DNA of 64,000 nucleotides from Raillietiella orientalis (Eukaryota): NCBI GenBank assembly GCA_036172245.1, contig JAYWIR010000003.1, positions 5,456,001 to 5,520,000 of the forward strand, read 5' to 3'. Shown piece by piece: positions 51,101 to 63,700 of this stretch (position 1 is its first letter; each line of letters starts with the position of its first letter). The notes under the pieces were generated by a model. It saw only the letters and a program-made list of their open reading frames with translations, ran no database searches and was not told where the DNA came from. The position numbers and the translations under genes were made by a program.

Positions 51101-52049
51101 GAATCTATTCCCTTATGTAAGAGTGGTGTAAAATTGGAATTGGAGTGGGAAGGGTACGGAAAGAGGCGGAAGTCATTCCCTTACCTTATTGTCTCAATCT
51201 CCGAATGCTTCAGTGACAAGTGGAACATTCTACGCCAGTGTAAGCGACCAGTCATTTTTCCGTCTTGAGGCGAGCTCCTCGAAGCAACAAGTCCGTGTTA
51301 TTCCCTTGGCCGGCCGGGTTCGGTCATTCCAGCACCCTCAGTGAAGTCTCTGCAGACCTCAGTCCTTCGCGAACTTTCTCTATGGCTGTCGAACCATTTG
51401 AAAAGCGCCTGAGAACGAGCTCCAAACGTTCCAGTCGTCGGTATTCTCTGATTCTCCTTTCGCTCCTGAAAGATGTTTCCTTGGATGCTCCGCCACAGAT
51501 CATGCCATTCAGGCTCTGGGCTGGATCTCAGACTGCAGCCACAGTAAGCCTGGCGAGAAAAATGGAAAGTTCAAATGACCACTACAGTTGTCCAGAGAAG
51601 GTATCTGGGAGGCAGCTTCCACTTGAGAAATTTTCTATGAGAAAGGTGCCATCAGTCGAAGCTCGAGTGGATTGAGGATCGAATGATCAAAAAGGAATCC
51701 CACGATGCGAAATCTGAAGCGGTTCCTAAAGGACATAGGTGACACGGGATGCCGGAGCATAGGTGTATGCAACAAATCCTCGAAAAGCAAACGGGAAATG
51801 AAATGGCGAGCCGCGATCATTATTTATGTGCCAAAAAAAAAAAACACTCACACCCCTTTAGCCGGTGAAACTCACAAACCAGAATGGAAACTGCAAGGAC
51901 AAAAGGGGTCTGACAGTTTCCGTCTTCTCAGAACATGCTCACTGAGGTGGAATTAAGACCCATCAGTCATCAAACTGGGAAGCTGAAGAGTGACCGATCA
52001 TTGCCGTTCGGGCAGGCAACTGCTTTCATTCTGTGCACGTGCATCTTTT

Positions 52050-52420
52050 CGAATAGCTCCCCAGGAGCTGGATCATTTGCAGCCACAATCCAAATGGATC
52101 CCTCCCTTTCTAAAGTTCTGGTTTGGAACTCTCACAGCGGCGGATTCGGTGAGCTCGTAAATCATCGTGGAATCCGAGGACACCTTTGTGTCGCGATTCC
52201 GCTGGCAGGTGGCAGATCCACGGACCAACGGAGGAAGGATGCAGTGACCCCCAGTTTCCGTTTCCGCCACTGTGGCCAAAAACCCGCAATGGCAAAAATA
52301 GCCATCTTTGTCTTTCCGAGACTCCCGTGGTTGGTGGAACGCGGAAGCGTCGTTTTCCAGGAAAGGTCTGCTTTCGAAATCCCGAACGACCCACAAGCAA
52401 TACGCAGATATGCTCATCCC
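52050..52420 (-). mobile_element. Possible C-terminal fragment of a P-like transposase
   Basis: YFCHCGFLA (cf. YYxAGF/Y) and MIYELTESAAVRVPNQNF (cf. LI...GGLxxPS). Weak. Confidence 0.25.
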
Positions 52421-53545
52421 GCACAGATGAGCGTGTAAGTTTGCGAGATTATGCAGGTCGCCATTTAAATACGTATGTTCTTATACGTAATAAGCAATTC
52501 ATAATGTTGAATATCCATATCAGCAACAGATTGATTTTATTAATAAGATTGCATGTCCCCGAACTGGTACTGTCCAACACTGTATATCCTCTAATCTTGG
52601 CCGGAGGATCTGCTCACAAGAAATATCCAGATGGGCAGTAACGCATCCACGTACAGGGCATGAGGCCGACGCGTGCAAACGATCCATCGCCTTGATTCAA
52701 GAAAAGGTCCACGATGCCGATGCGCAGCAGCCGGTGTCCCGATGATTAAAAGCATCCAGGAATTAGAAGAAAGTCACGCCTTTTGCTGCTTGCGATCCCT
52801 ACGATCTCTTGAACGTTCGAAGCCGCGTGGGAGGGGCACGTCGAAATGCTCGGTCCGGCACAGACGGCCCGACCGAGTTTCCATAGAAGAATGTTTTGAT
52901 GGATCGTGTTGGCCATGTCGACTCGGGCAAGTGATTCGGTGAGCGCCCGACCAACGGGAATATTTTCCGACGCTTGCCAGCAGCAGCATGTGTCTGCGAT
53001 TCATTCTTCCCATGGAAAGTGTGTGTCATTAGCACCTGATACACTTCTCCGTATTTTCTTTTTTTTTCTCTCTCTCTCTCTCTCTTTTTTTTTTTTTTTT
53101 TTTCTCTGAGGGTAGAAGGGGGGGAAGGGCTTATCCAGAGAGCTTTTTATGCAGATGATATAAAGTCTCGAATTTCATTCTGATGTTAGTGAAACGCGTC
53201 AAAAGATTTGCAAAGTTGCTCAAATCTTTTTCGTGCAGAAGCGCCTTGATAGATCATGCAGTTAGTCACAGGCAAAGTTCGTTCCTCGAAATGATCGCCC
53301 TGGTTTTCGTCCTCTGCTTTCTGAGACATGAAATGCCAGCTGCCGGTAAGCATCTTCAGTTGCTACAAGCGCAAACGAACTCCTCTTTGCATCTCGATGC
53401 TCTTTCCTTCCGCGTCGCCCCGAGCGAGTGACGACACCGAACGAAGGAACAGCGCGATGCTTCTAAAGACCCAATTTTGCCAAACTGGGATTCGAGTGCC
53501 ATGAAGGAACTTGGAATTCTCGGGTTCACAGCACGGTGTGCGGTG

Positions 53546-53590
53546 ATGGTTCAAGCCATGACCACCATGTGTGGTCGTGGCTTGAACCAT
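53546..53590. other. Near-perfect 20-bp inverted repeat with a 5-nt loop
   Basis: atggttcaagccatgaccac-catgt-gtggtcgtggcttgaaccat; one mismatch, which is a U-G pair on the plus strand. Confidence 0.9.
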
Positions 53591-55228
53591 AGCAGCTCGG
53601 TGCTCTCCGGAAGTAGGAATTAGGTGGATTGAAAGTTTAACTATCAGTGAATCACCTTGAGTTTCATTGATCAGCATCAATGGAGCTCTGCCAACTGAAA
53701 GCTAAACAGCTCATGTGATTTTTTTTTTTTTTTTTTTTTTTTTATTTCTGTTTTGCAATGTCCTGTCTTCCCGCATGATTATTCTCGTAAAAGGAGGGGA
53801 CTGGCTGGGAAAGAAATCAGAACTCATAGCAAATTCATGTGGAACAGTGAGATAATCACAGCATCGGTTAGGTGTATTTAAATGCACACGGCGTGCACGT
53901 TGACGGAATCTCTGAGGCTCCGAATCCGTCGAAAACTGGAGCAATGAGAAAACCACTCACCAATCCCTCATTTTTGATGCGAGGCTGGCAATGCGACCAC
54001 CTTTGCCACTCCTGCATCGAAAGTGCTGAAAGTGTGTTCGTGCCTTCGGCAAGCATGAACCCCAAGGAGACAAGCAATCTTGAAATTTTCCTGCCTTGAT
54101 TGTACGTAGGTTCATCCCAAAAGGGCGATGAAGATCGGGGAAGTCGCGTCGGTCATTCGAGCTACCGTGCAGGCCGTTTTTGCAACAGATGGAAGTCCGA
54201 AGTTCCTGTGTTTCGCTAATAGGCAGTAGGCATGTGCAATGTGTCCCTTACGAAACAGCGACTTTATGGCAGTGGGGGTGTTGCGTGAAGTTGGCTACAG
54301 CTGAGATCAAAATCAGCTTAGCTACAACGAAACTCCGGGAAAGTATGCCACACGGGCCTGGAGATCAAGACACGGCATAGAACGGTGGCAGGAACAGATT
54401 AGGGCAGCGGGGAGTGTATGGATAGTGTGTTCAGCGTTTCGCCACCAGGAGCGCCACTTGCATTCGACTGTCCCGTTCGCATGTATCGAAGAAGCCCTCA
54501 AGAACATTTCTACGAAATCGACCCTTTATGAAGGACGAGGAGTTCAGTTACTGTACCCAACTCTTAGAGTGCCGTACGGAATTTGAAATGAGCACACAAA
54601 GCACGCATTGAGAAAATCGTACAAAAAGATGAGCTCCATTTCTCTGCATGAAAGCGAGGCAGCGTCTGTCCAGTAAGTGGTGCTTTCAGATAAAGTGAGA
54701 TTTCATCTATCAAAGGATGGATGACGCTATGGCATCCAGTCACGCGGTTGTACCAAGGGGACAGCCTAAGGACAAAGTCTCCTGCAGACTAATTCATGAC
54801 ACTTGTTATCATTGGTTGAAAAGACTAGAAAAGGAGAATCGTACGCATGGGTGGATACTCTTGAAGAATCTTTTCAACCACACGTGACTTTTCTCCGTGG
54901 CTTTACATGAAAGATGTCCCGAACAGAATCATCCTATTTACAAATCTTTAGGATCCACGCAGCTTCAATTTCATGCCCATAATCACAATGGATAAACTTC
55001 AGCTCATGGACTCTGCAGCCAAGAACCGAAGATTCTCAAGGACAGTTTAAGAAACTCTTGTGTTTTGTACGTTCGTCACGAAATGATACACGTCCCTTAT
55101 TCATTGGGTATTCTTACTAAGTTTTGCGGAAGCGATTGCATGTGTTTGGTGCTGAATGACGGGCGAAACGAACACTGTGAGGAACACCCTGTTAGAGAAA
55201 TCAACTTCTCTGCTATGGATGGATTCTA

Positions 55229-55253
55229 GTGTGTGTGTGTGTGTGTGTGTGTG
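55229..55253. repeat. (GT)n microsatellite
   Basis: Directly visible. Confidence 0.95.
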
Positions 55254-56039
55254 CGTTTCTGTGACTGGTCATTTTTAATCATTTTGAGATTCTGTATTGA
55301 GTCGCGTTCAGAAAGGACTAAGAAACCCTCTAATGCGAGACCTGTGAGTGTCCTCGAAGAACGCTGTCTCTCGGTACAGAGAGCAAATCAGGAAGTAGTG
55401 GAAATCCGGAAGAACGCTCAGGGAACCACGAAATATGCGTGCGCGATGAAAATCCTGGGAATCCAGAGAGGATTTTTCTTCCAGCTCTAGCCCTTCCGGC
55501 CTGGAGTTAGGTCAGAACAAGGAAATGATCCAAGTAGCGAGCGTTGTGGATTGAATGGAGGAGTGCTTGCAAAGCAGTGGATGGTTTCATTGAAGTGCTA
55601 TCCTTCGGATGAGAATACTATTTTAGAAGAGTGAGAATCCTCCAGGATCTGCACCCTTCATCTTCGAAATGGACTTGGTCCTCTCCTTATGGTTCACCAT
55701 TTGAAATTTCGCGAACTTTGTGGAGTCTCCATGAAAGAGCGATACATAGCCGTAATATAAATAGTGGATATTTAAAAGTGTGGAGGGAGGCTTATATGAA
55801 TTGGTGGTAATGAGAATTAGTAGGGGAGCTTGCTTAGTAAAGGAGCTTACCTTTTTGGCGTTTGTATATCGTTGATTTGATTATTTAAGAGTAATTAAAA
55901 GTTTTAATCAAGATGCAGCGTGAAAAGGAATATTAGTGAGCTACAGTGTTTTACATTTGGATATATATAGATGTAATTTTATATTGAAATAGGATTTAAT
56001 TGTGAATTTATTTGAGAAAGGTAGATTGAATGTAATCAT

Positions 56040-57350
56040 CATTGAATGCAAATCGCCCGTCGCTCTGATATAAGATTTTCGTAGTTGGATCGCTTTCAGG
56101 CGTTCAAAGTGACCGCTGTGAAGGTGCTCTGGATGTCTAAAGTGTGGAAACTTCGTCAGGTATCAGGAAGTTTTAAGGGTCTTAAGTTGTGCTGAGCTCA
56201 GCTATACCTATTTAGATGCCTGGACGCCCTCAAATCCGAGCACAAGATAGCGGGATTTAGCTTATTTAGATCGTGACCAAAGAGCAACAGTGATGATGAC
56301 TCTGCATGTTTCACGTGGCCATGAATCATCTAAATAGAACCTCGAGCCTTTGGAGGGAAACAAAGAAGCCCATAACGCAGACGTTTTCTAAGATGCAGAA
56401 GAGTAGAATTACCTCTGCTTGGAGTGTTTCATGGTAGCTGCTTTCGTGGACTTGTTGAAATAAGAACCAAATTGAGTGGGAAAATGTGCAAGAACGATTT
56501 CATGTGCTCATTCGATGTCATGACGTGGGAAGGCATCGCTAACAAATCCAAAGTCACACACATGCCGCAGGGTGATACACCAGCTTCCTCAACAATTCGT
56601 TTGATGCTCATGATGAGCAGGCTTGCCAGCATTACCTAGTCAACTAAAAATGAATTCAGATCAGAGAAAGGCTCCTAAAATCAAATATCTATTTGTCTCC
56701 CAAATCTAAAAAGAATCTAAAATGAGAGCTGAGTCTTAAGAGTGCTTCTGAGAGGCTCGCACGGGCCGAAGTTCATTGCTTTGGATGTGTCATGGATATC
56801 ATTCGGCTATGAGTGTATCCCTGACCTTCCTCCTTACGAAAATGTATCCGCTATCGTTCATTTGACCCGCAGCCTCAGTCTATTGGGGACTCCTCTTCCA
56901 TTTCATTCCTTTCAAAAAACCAAGATACATAAAGCAAATACATTGAAAGATAAACCCTCGTATTGGTGTGACGAATTTGAATTGAAGACTGATGCAGTGA
57001 ATTCGTCACGGTGTCATCTGCAGAACACGAATGCATCCTTTTCAGGGTGTCGTCTCAAAAGGAATGAAGCTCGGAGCATTCCAGTCGAATACAGTTTTAT
57101 CGAAGAGATCACCTCCAAGAAATGACGAAGTTTCTCTATTACTTTCACGAATACGGAACCACTTTGACCACATCCACACATGGCTATCGAAAGTGTCTCA
57201 GTCCCTTTTGCACCTTATGACGCTCTCCTCTGCAGCTTTCTTAGTTGGAATGGTTTGTTCGAGGTTTCGCCTGATGTAGCTCTTTCAGACTCATTCTGAA
57301 ACGGATCCTGTTCTTCCAGAAGTCTTCTGTAGCAATGATGAAGCCTCGAA
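56040..57350 (+). mobile_element. Decayed P-like transposase relic
   Basis: SPVAL..FRS at ~56053, HLT...SFQKTKIHKA in ORF 56742 (cf. KLT..H...FQKMKVxLA), and GFA...TDP at ~57265-57310 (cf. GFxY...QDP). Confidence 0.35.
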
Positions 57351-59298
57351 AGCGCATGCCGATAGAATTCAGATGAAAGTTTCACTTGTACCAAATAAGG
57401 ATCAGACGGATATTTTTTCAATGCATTCTTGTTTTGTGATCTCATTCTATTTGATTTTTCTCTCTAATTTCTCCTTCAGTCTTTCGAGTGGGGGGACACG
57501 ATACTCAAACTTGATGATGACTGAATATTGCCATTCCCTAAACTAAAATTTGCAAAACTGGGCGGATCATTCGTCAAATCTTGCATTCGATCAAAGCTTA
57601 GTTGACCACCGCATTTTCATGTCCTTAGCTTAGTCATCATAAACTTTGTAGTTGGATTTACGGGAAATAGATATCAACCGTTCTGACCAGATTGACAAGG
57701 ATGAATTGAATGCCTGGATCGGGTGTTCTGAAGGTACAATACAGTACCTGTATTAGGTAAATGCACTTTCCATTCGTGCAAATTTCCTTGAAGATGTACA
57801 CAAATCAAACGTAAAGGATGGATTCCAAGTCCTTGGAAAGAAGATTTCACTCTTCATTGAACTGGGACGAGTTCCAAGAGAAGCGCTGTTGGGATCTTTT
57901 TCCATCCAGGGTTTTTGTACTGGCGGACGTCAGCTTGCAGCACCTTCTGCAATGCTCCACATGGTACTTCCTTTACAAGCCCAAGAGGAAAATTGGAGGA
58001 GGCATTCGGATTAAACGCATGTGATGCGTCCTGGCGCAATGAAACACGAAAAGTAAACAGTTTCAGAAAAAACTAATAAATGTTGAATGTTCGGGCGGAT
58101 GTTGGTTTGAGGAGTGTCCTTATCCCTAAGGAAGTTGCGTCCAGAATTCGGGCTTCACGTTCTCAGCCTCTTCTCCTTTCAAGGACGGGATGAAGAACCC
58201 AAGTGAACAGGCGCTAGAGACATCGAAGGGAGTGGAAGTGTTCTGCTGCACATCCAAGTTGTTCTGGGTTTCATGAAAACGGTCTTCGTGAATCACAATC
58301 TCGACTGTCCTCTGTGAGCCTATTTACCGTTGTCATTAGTATACGCTTTGCAGCATCCCAGTTCTACGAGTATTGTAACCGGAATGCTCAAAGCTTTATT
58401 GATGACAGGGAAATTTTTTCGCTTTTCTTGTTTCATCCTCCAGAATTTCGTCCTAAAAGCTGAAAATGACTTTACGCCTGGCGTCTTGATCCTGGAACAG
58501 TCCCACGCAGAATTCCTCCATGGACGAAGAATTCTCTGGAAACGCACCCGTAATTCCGGTGGATTCAACGCTCCGCCTGCGATCGTTTTCCGGATGCATT
58601 CAGCTTTTTACGAGTCCTGCTAACTGCTCTTTTTCGTGTTTCCCTGTTTCAAGAAGCTGACCCCTGCTGGATACTCGGATAGCTCGAATCGGGCTGGAAT
58701 AGGTCTATGTTCTTTCCTCATTGTAATTCGGCGTTTAGAAGAAGTCCCCAGTTAATGCACAGAGCAGGAAGCTTCTGGGTTTGCCCGCGTTACTTGGGAA
58801 GGGATTGAATAAATGAAAGATTCCGTCTGTTCACTTTCACGGGATTCTTTTTGGATGACCTAGGATTCCCCTCAGTCCGTATTTTTTTTAGAGGTACAGA
58901 GGGAATCGAAAGCAAGTTTTCCAACATGCTTTCCGTGAATTACAGAAATATGACACAGGAAATGTGATTATCGGATTCCGGAGCTGAAGATAATAAGTGC
59001 TCAGAGTAAATGGTTCTCCACAAAGATTGACGTTTATTTAAAGATACATCGAGAGAGAATGGGTTGATCAGAGATGGGATGCGCCACCTCTAAAACCCTC
59101 ACACCGAAAAAAAAAAAAAAAAAAAAAAAACACCCGGCTTGAACACTGGCGGAAAATTCCATAAGAATTCCTTAAAGCAAACACCTTTTCGATCTGTGCT
59201 CACTCGAGGTGTGCACACACATTGAAGTCAGTAATCATGCGAATAGCAAACATCCATTATCAAATCATGCTGTAATCCATCTTTATAAATCATTGCAG

Positions 59299-59401
59299 CT
59301 ACAGAACTCTCTTCGTTCATTCCGCCATGGGGAAACTTGTTAAGGGGGTCCTCGAGCTTGCAAAATATTGATCCCGATGATGTTCCAGACCTAATAGACA
59401 G
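59299..59401 (+). CDS. Internal coding exon of an uncharacterised gene (xTELSSFIPPWGNLLRGSSSLQNIDPDDVPDLIDR)
   Basis: Acceptor cattgcAG, donor AG|GTACGT, open frame, and a phase-2 end that fits the next exon across an 85-nt intron. Confidence 0.65.
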
Positions 59402-59486
59402 GTACGTTCTCAGAGCAGTGTGGCATATGAAGGAATAAATGCACGTTGCCAGGTAGTTTTACCCCCCTTTAATTTCGCCTTTATAG

Positions 59487-59705
59487 ATTAGGAACGGCCT
59501 TTAATGACATCATCAATAACTACGAAGCCAATGCGAGGGATCTGATAACTTCTATTTGGGAAAGGGAGGGAAAAAACCTTAACACTTTGAACGAAAAGTT
59601 CGACACTGAGATGCAAACCACAAGAAAACTGTTCACTGAATTTCTGGAATCGGCGAACGAGACCTTAATAAGAAATCCAGAAGAATTTCCCGATTTGCTG
59701 AAAAG
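59487..59705 (+). CDS. Internal coding exon, helical-looking (LGTAFNDIINNYEANARDLITSIWEREGKNLNTLNEKFDTEMQTTRKLFTEFLESANETLIRNPEEFPDLLK)
   Basis: Acceptor tttcgcctttatAG, donor AAG|GTAAGG, 219 nt stop-free phase 2-2 exon with protein-like composition, in frame with the previous exon. Confidence 0.7.
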
Positions 59706-60748
59706 GTAAGGTTTCCTGTGATTTTCAACATGATTGCTTTTTCACTCAAACTTTCAAAAAAAAAAAAAAAAAAAAAATGAAAGGTTCCCCAAAATTCAGA
59801 ATATCATAGCTTCAGAATTCATCCGTTTTCCTAGAGATTAAGTGATGAGCAGTAACCAAGCATTCCTGTTTACATGACTGAAACGTACGAAAACGTGAAT
59901 GAATGCTCTTTAGCGAACTTTCAATAAACAAATTGAGCAAACGAAACAAATAAACAAAGATGAAGTTTTTTTAACCGAATGGAAAACAACATGAAATTTC
60001 GCGCTATAATAACGGTCGAGAACTTGAATTTCGTTCGGATGAGAATACATGATTACAAGTGGCGAAGAAACGTATCGAAATCTAATCATCTTGCACAGAT
60101 TACGGTTTATGTAGAGTCCAATATAAGACGAAACAACATTTCCTTTGCTCCCACATACAGAACAGGATTTTAAAACGGTTGCCATATTCCAGCAAACCGC
60201 AAACAGGAAAAGGAAAGCGCGAAAAAAATACAACATTGCAACATTCAGAAACATTCATCAAATGGAAAAAGATGTGCTCTCAAGTGTCGATTTCCTCCAA
60301 ATAGATATTTTAAAAAAGGAAGACAATAGAAACAGCGCAGCAAGTACCTTACCACACAAAAGAGAAACATGCGTGGGGAAAGACCATAAATTCATGGCAA
60401 AACACTCACAAAATGTCAAGCAGAAACCCCAAAGATCGACAAACACCACAGATATGAAACATTACACAATGGAAAGACTGCACCCCTAGAAAATGAAAAA
60501 TAGCCCATACACAGATACGTGCATAAAAGGATACACATAAAGATCAAAACAATCAAATTAAGATCAAGCTAATTTGGAGGAGTGCATTTAGAATATGGCA
60601 CAGAATCATCCACCAACCTTAACATTCCAAACACCGTGAAAGCACAAAAGCAGAATACAAACACCCGAAAAAAAACAAATATTGTCAGCCTACTAAACAT
60701 ACTACCAGTTTCCTAGGACAACTACAAGAAGAACTACAAAACATAGAA

Positions 60749-63700
60749 ATGCAGTTCTATAAATACCTCTTTTGGGAATTTATTCCGGGAACAAGAATAA
60801 AGGAGTACATCACTCAATTAGAATACATCAACAGACAATTTCTGATCCAAACCATTGACGATGAAAACGCAATCGTGCCATCAGTAAAACCAGCAACCAC
60901 AACAACAACTATGACTACAACAGGAAAAATAATTACCACAACCATTCCAAAAACCCACACCACCATTACGACCACCCATCAAAAGACAACCAATAACACA
61001 GAACAAACAACTTCAAAGCAAACCACAACTATCACCAACACACAATCAACCACAAAATACAGCACCAACAACACTAACACAAGTGAAACAAAAACAACAA
61101 ACCCAATTCCAGACACAAACACGACAACAACATACCAAACAACAAAGTCACACACATCACAAACTTCGACAAGCAAACAACCAACATCAGAAACAACAAC
61201 AGCATACACCACACATTCAACGTCACCCTGGCACACAATAACGCAAAAACATTCCACAACAGCACAACAGCCGACAACAAATACAAACACAAAATCCACA
61301 GAGAGCAAACCTACCTCTACAACAAAGACAACCCACACACCCACTACCTACTCCCACTCCACTTCATCCGCCACAACCACCACGAATACAACCACAAAGA
61401 CAACACAAACATTTACAACCACTCCAAACACCAACATCACAACCCAAAGCAACACATCACCAGAAACACTCACAACATCAACAGAAAACAAAACAACCTC
61501 CAACAACACATCACCGACATCAGAGAGAAGCACTCCAACAACACCATTCAACACAACGACTCAATCCAAAGCGTCCACCGCAACCCCAATAACAACAAAC
61601 AGCAAATCAACACCAACAACACAACCGAGCACACACTCCACGCTGACATCCTCCACATACACCACCATCACACCGTCCTCAGCACAGAAATCATCACAGA
61701 CAACAACAACAACCACAAAAACCAGCCAGCAAACTACACACACTACATCCAACCAAACGAAAACATCATCCGGCAAAATAACCTCTCAGCCATCCACTAA
61801 ATCACCGACCCCATATACAACCACCAACACAAAGTCCCATTCAACTGCTTCGGTGAGCAGCGGCACAAAATCACAACCTCCAACAAACACACCCTCGCGA
61901 ACGACGCCCTCCAGCCATCCGTACACCGAGAGTGATTCCACGTGGTCACCGACAACAACAAGCCAATCCACAACAACAAATTCCAACAGCACAATCACCC
62001 AGTCAACTACAAAAACGTCTATCCACTCACCAACGACTACATCGTCATCCACTCCTTCTTCCAAGGAAACTACGGGAAGCACCTATACAACCGATAAACA
62101 CACGTCCCCCACCCAAACTACGCCCCACTCCACGGCACCGACTTCGAATCCGACGACCCCAGGAACTCTGAGCACACCCTCCAAGGAGTCGCATTCTAGT
62201 GGGTCCGTCAGCAGCGGAACTGAATCGAATCCAAGCACAGTGAGTCCAACGCATACGTCGACTTCCTCCCATCGTTCCACCGAAACCCAGTCCTCTTGGT
62301 CACCCTCGACGGGCAGTCATTCGTCTGCCTCCTCCAGTTCTGGCAATCACACCTCGTTGCCAACTAAATCCACGTCTACCCACCCCACTTCGACCACCTC
62401 TGCATTCAACACCCAATCCACGGAATCTACAGGAAGCACCCATACCACACAATCCCAGTCCCCGTCCACCGAAACTTCGCCGCACTCATCCGCAACCAGT
62501 GCATCGACGAGCTCACCGGGAACGCTGACCTCCACCACCACGCAGTCGCATTCTAGTCCGTCGGTCAGCAGCGGCACAGCATCGCATCCAACCACTGTGA
62601 CTCCAACGCATACTTCGACTTCCTCCCATCGTTCCACCGAAACCCAGTCCTCTTGGTCACCGTCGACAGGCAGTCATTCGTCTGCCTCCTCCAGTTCTGG
62701 CACTCACACCTCGTTGCCAACTCAATCCACCTCTATCCACCCAACTTCGACCACCTCTGCATTCACCACTCATTCCAAGGAATCTACAGGAAGCACCCAT
62801 ACCACACAATCCCAGCCCCCCGTCCACCGAAACTTCGCCGCACTCATCCGCATCCACTGCATCCACGAGCTCTCCTGGAACGCTGACCTCGACCACCACG
62901 GAGTCGCATTCTAGCTGTCCGTCGGGTGCAAGCAGCGGCACAGCATCGCATCCAACCACTGTGACTCCTAACGCATACGGCGACTTCCTCCCATCGTTCC
63001 ACTGAAACCAGTCCCTCTTGGTCACCGTCGACAGGCAGTCATTCTTCTGCCTCCTTCAGTTCTGGCACTCACACCTCGTTGCCAACTCAATCCACCTCTA
63101 CCCACCCAACTTCGACCACCTCTGCATTCACCACTCATTCCACGGAATCCACTGGAAGCACCCATACCACACAATCCCAGTCCCCGTCCACCGAAACTTC
63201 GCCCCACTCATCCGCATCCACTGCATCCACGAGCTCACCGGGAACGCTGACCTCGACCACCACGGAGTCGCATTTCCTAGTCCGCTCTGTCAGCAGCGGC
63301 AAGTACAGCATCGCATCCAACCTCTGTGACTCCAACGCATACGTCGACTTCTCCCATCGTTCCACCGAAACCCAGTCCTCTTGGTCACCGTCGACAGGCA
63401 GCCATTCGTCTGCCCTCTCCTCCAGTTCTTGGGCATCTACACCGTTTCCAACTCAATCCCACCCTTAGTGACCCAACTTCGACCACCTCTGCATTCACCA
63501 CTCATTCCACGGAATCTACAGGAAGCACCCATACCACCGAATCAGTCCCCGTCCACCGAAATTTCGCCGCACTCATCCGCATCCACTGCATCCACGAGCT
63601 CTCCGGGAACGCCGACCTCGACCACCACGGAAGTCGCATTCTAGTCCGTCGGCTTCCAGCAGCGGCACAGCATCGCATCCAACCTCTGTGACTCCAACGC

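Noticed and set aside
58444..59062. Further upstream exons of the mucin-like gene (acceptor at 58443; frame KCDYRIPELK...RERM near 58960-59060)
   Set aside because: Splice sites are weak or phases could not be linked consistently; left unannotated.
60979..62637. Val-rich minus-strand ORFs
   Set aside because: Antisense shadows of the Thr/Ser-rich mucin frame.
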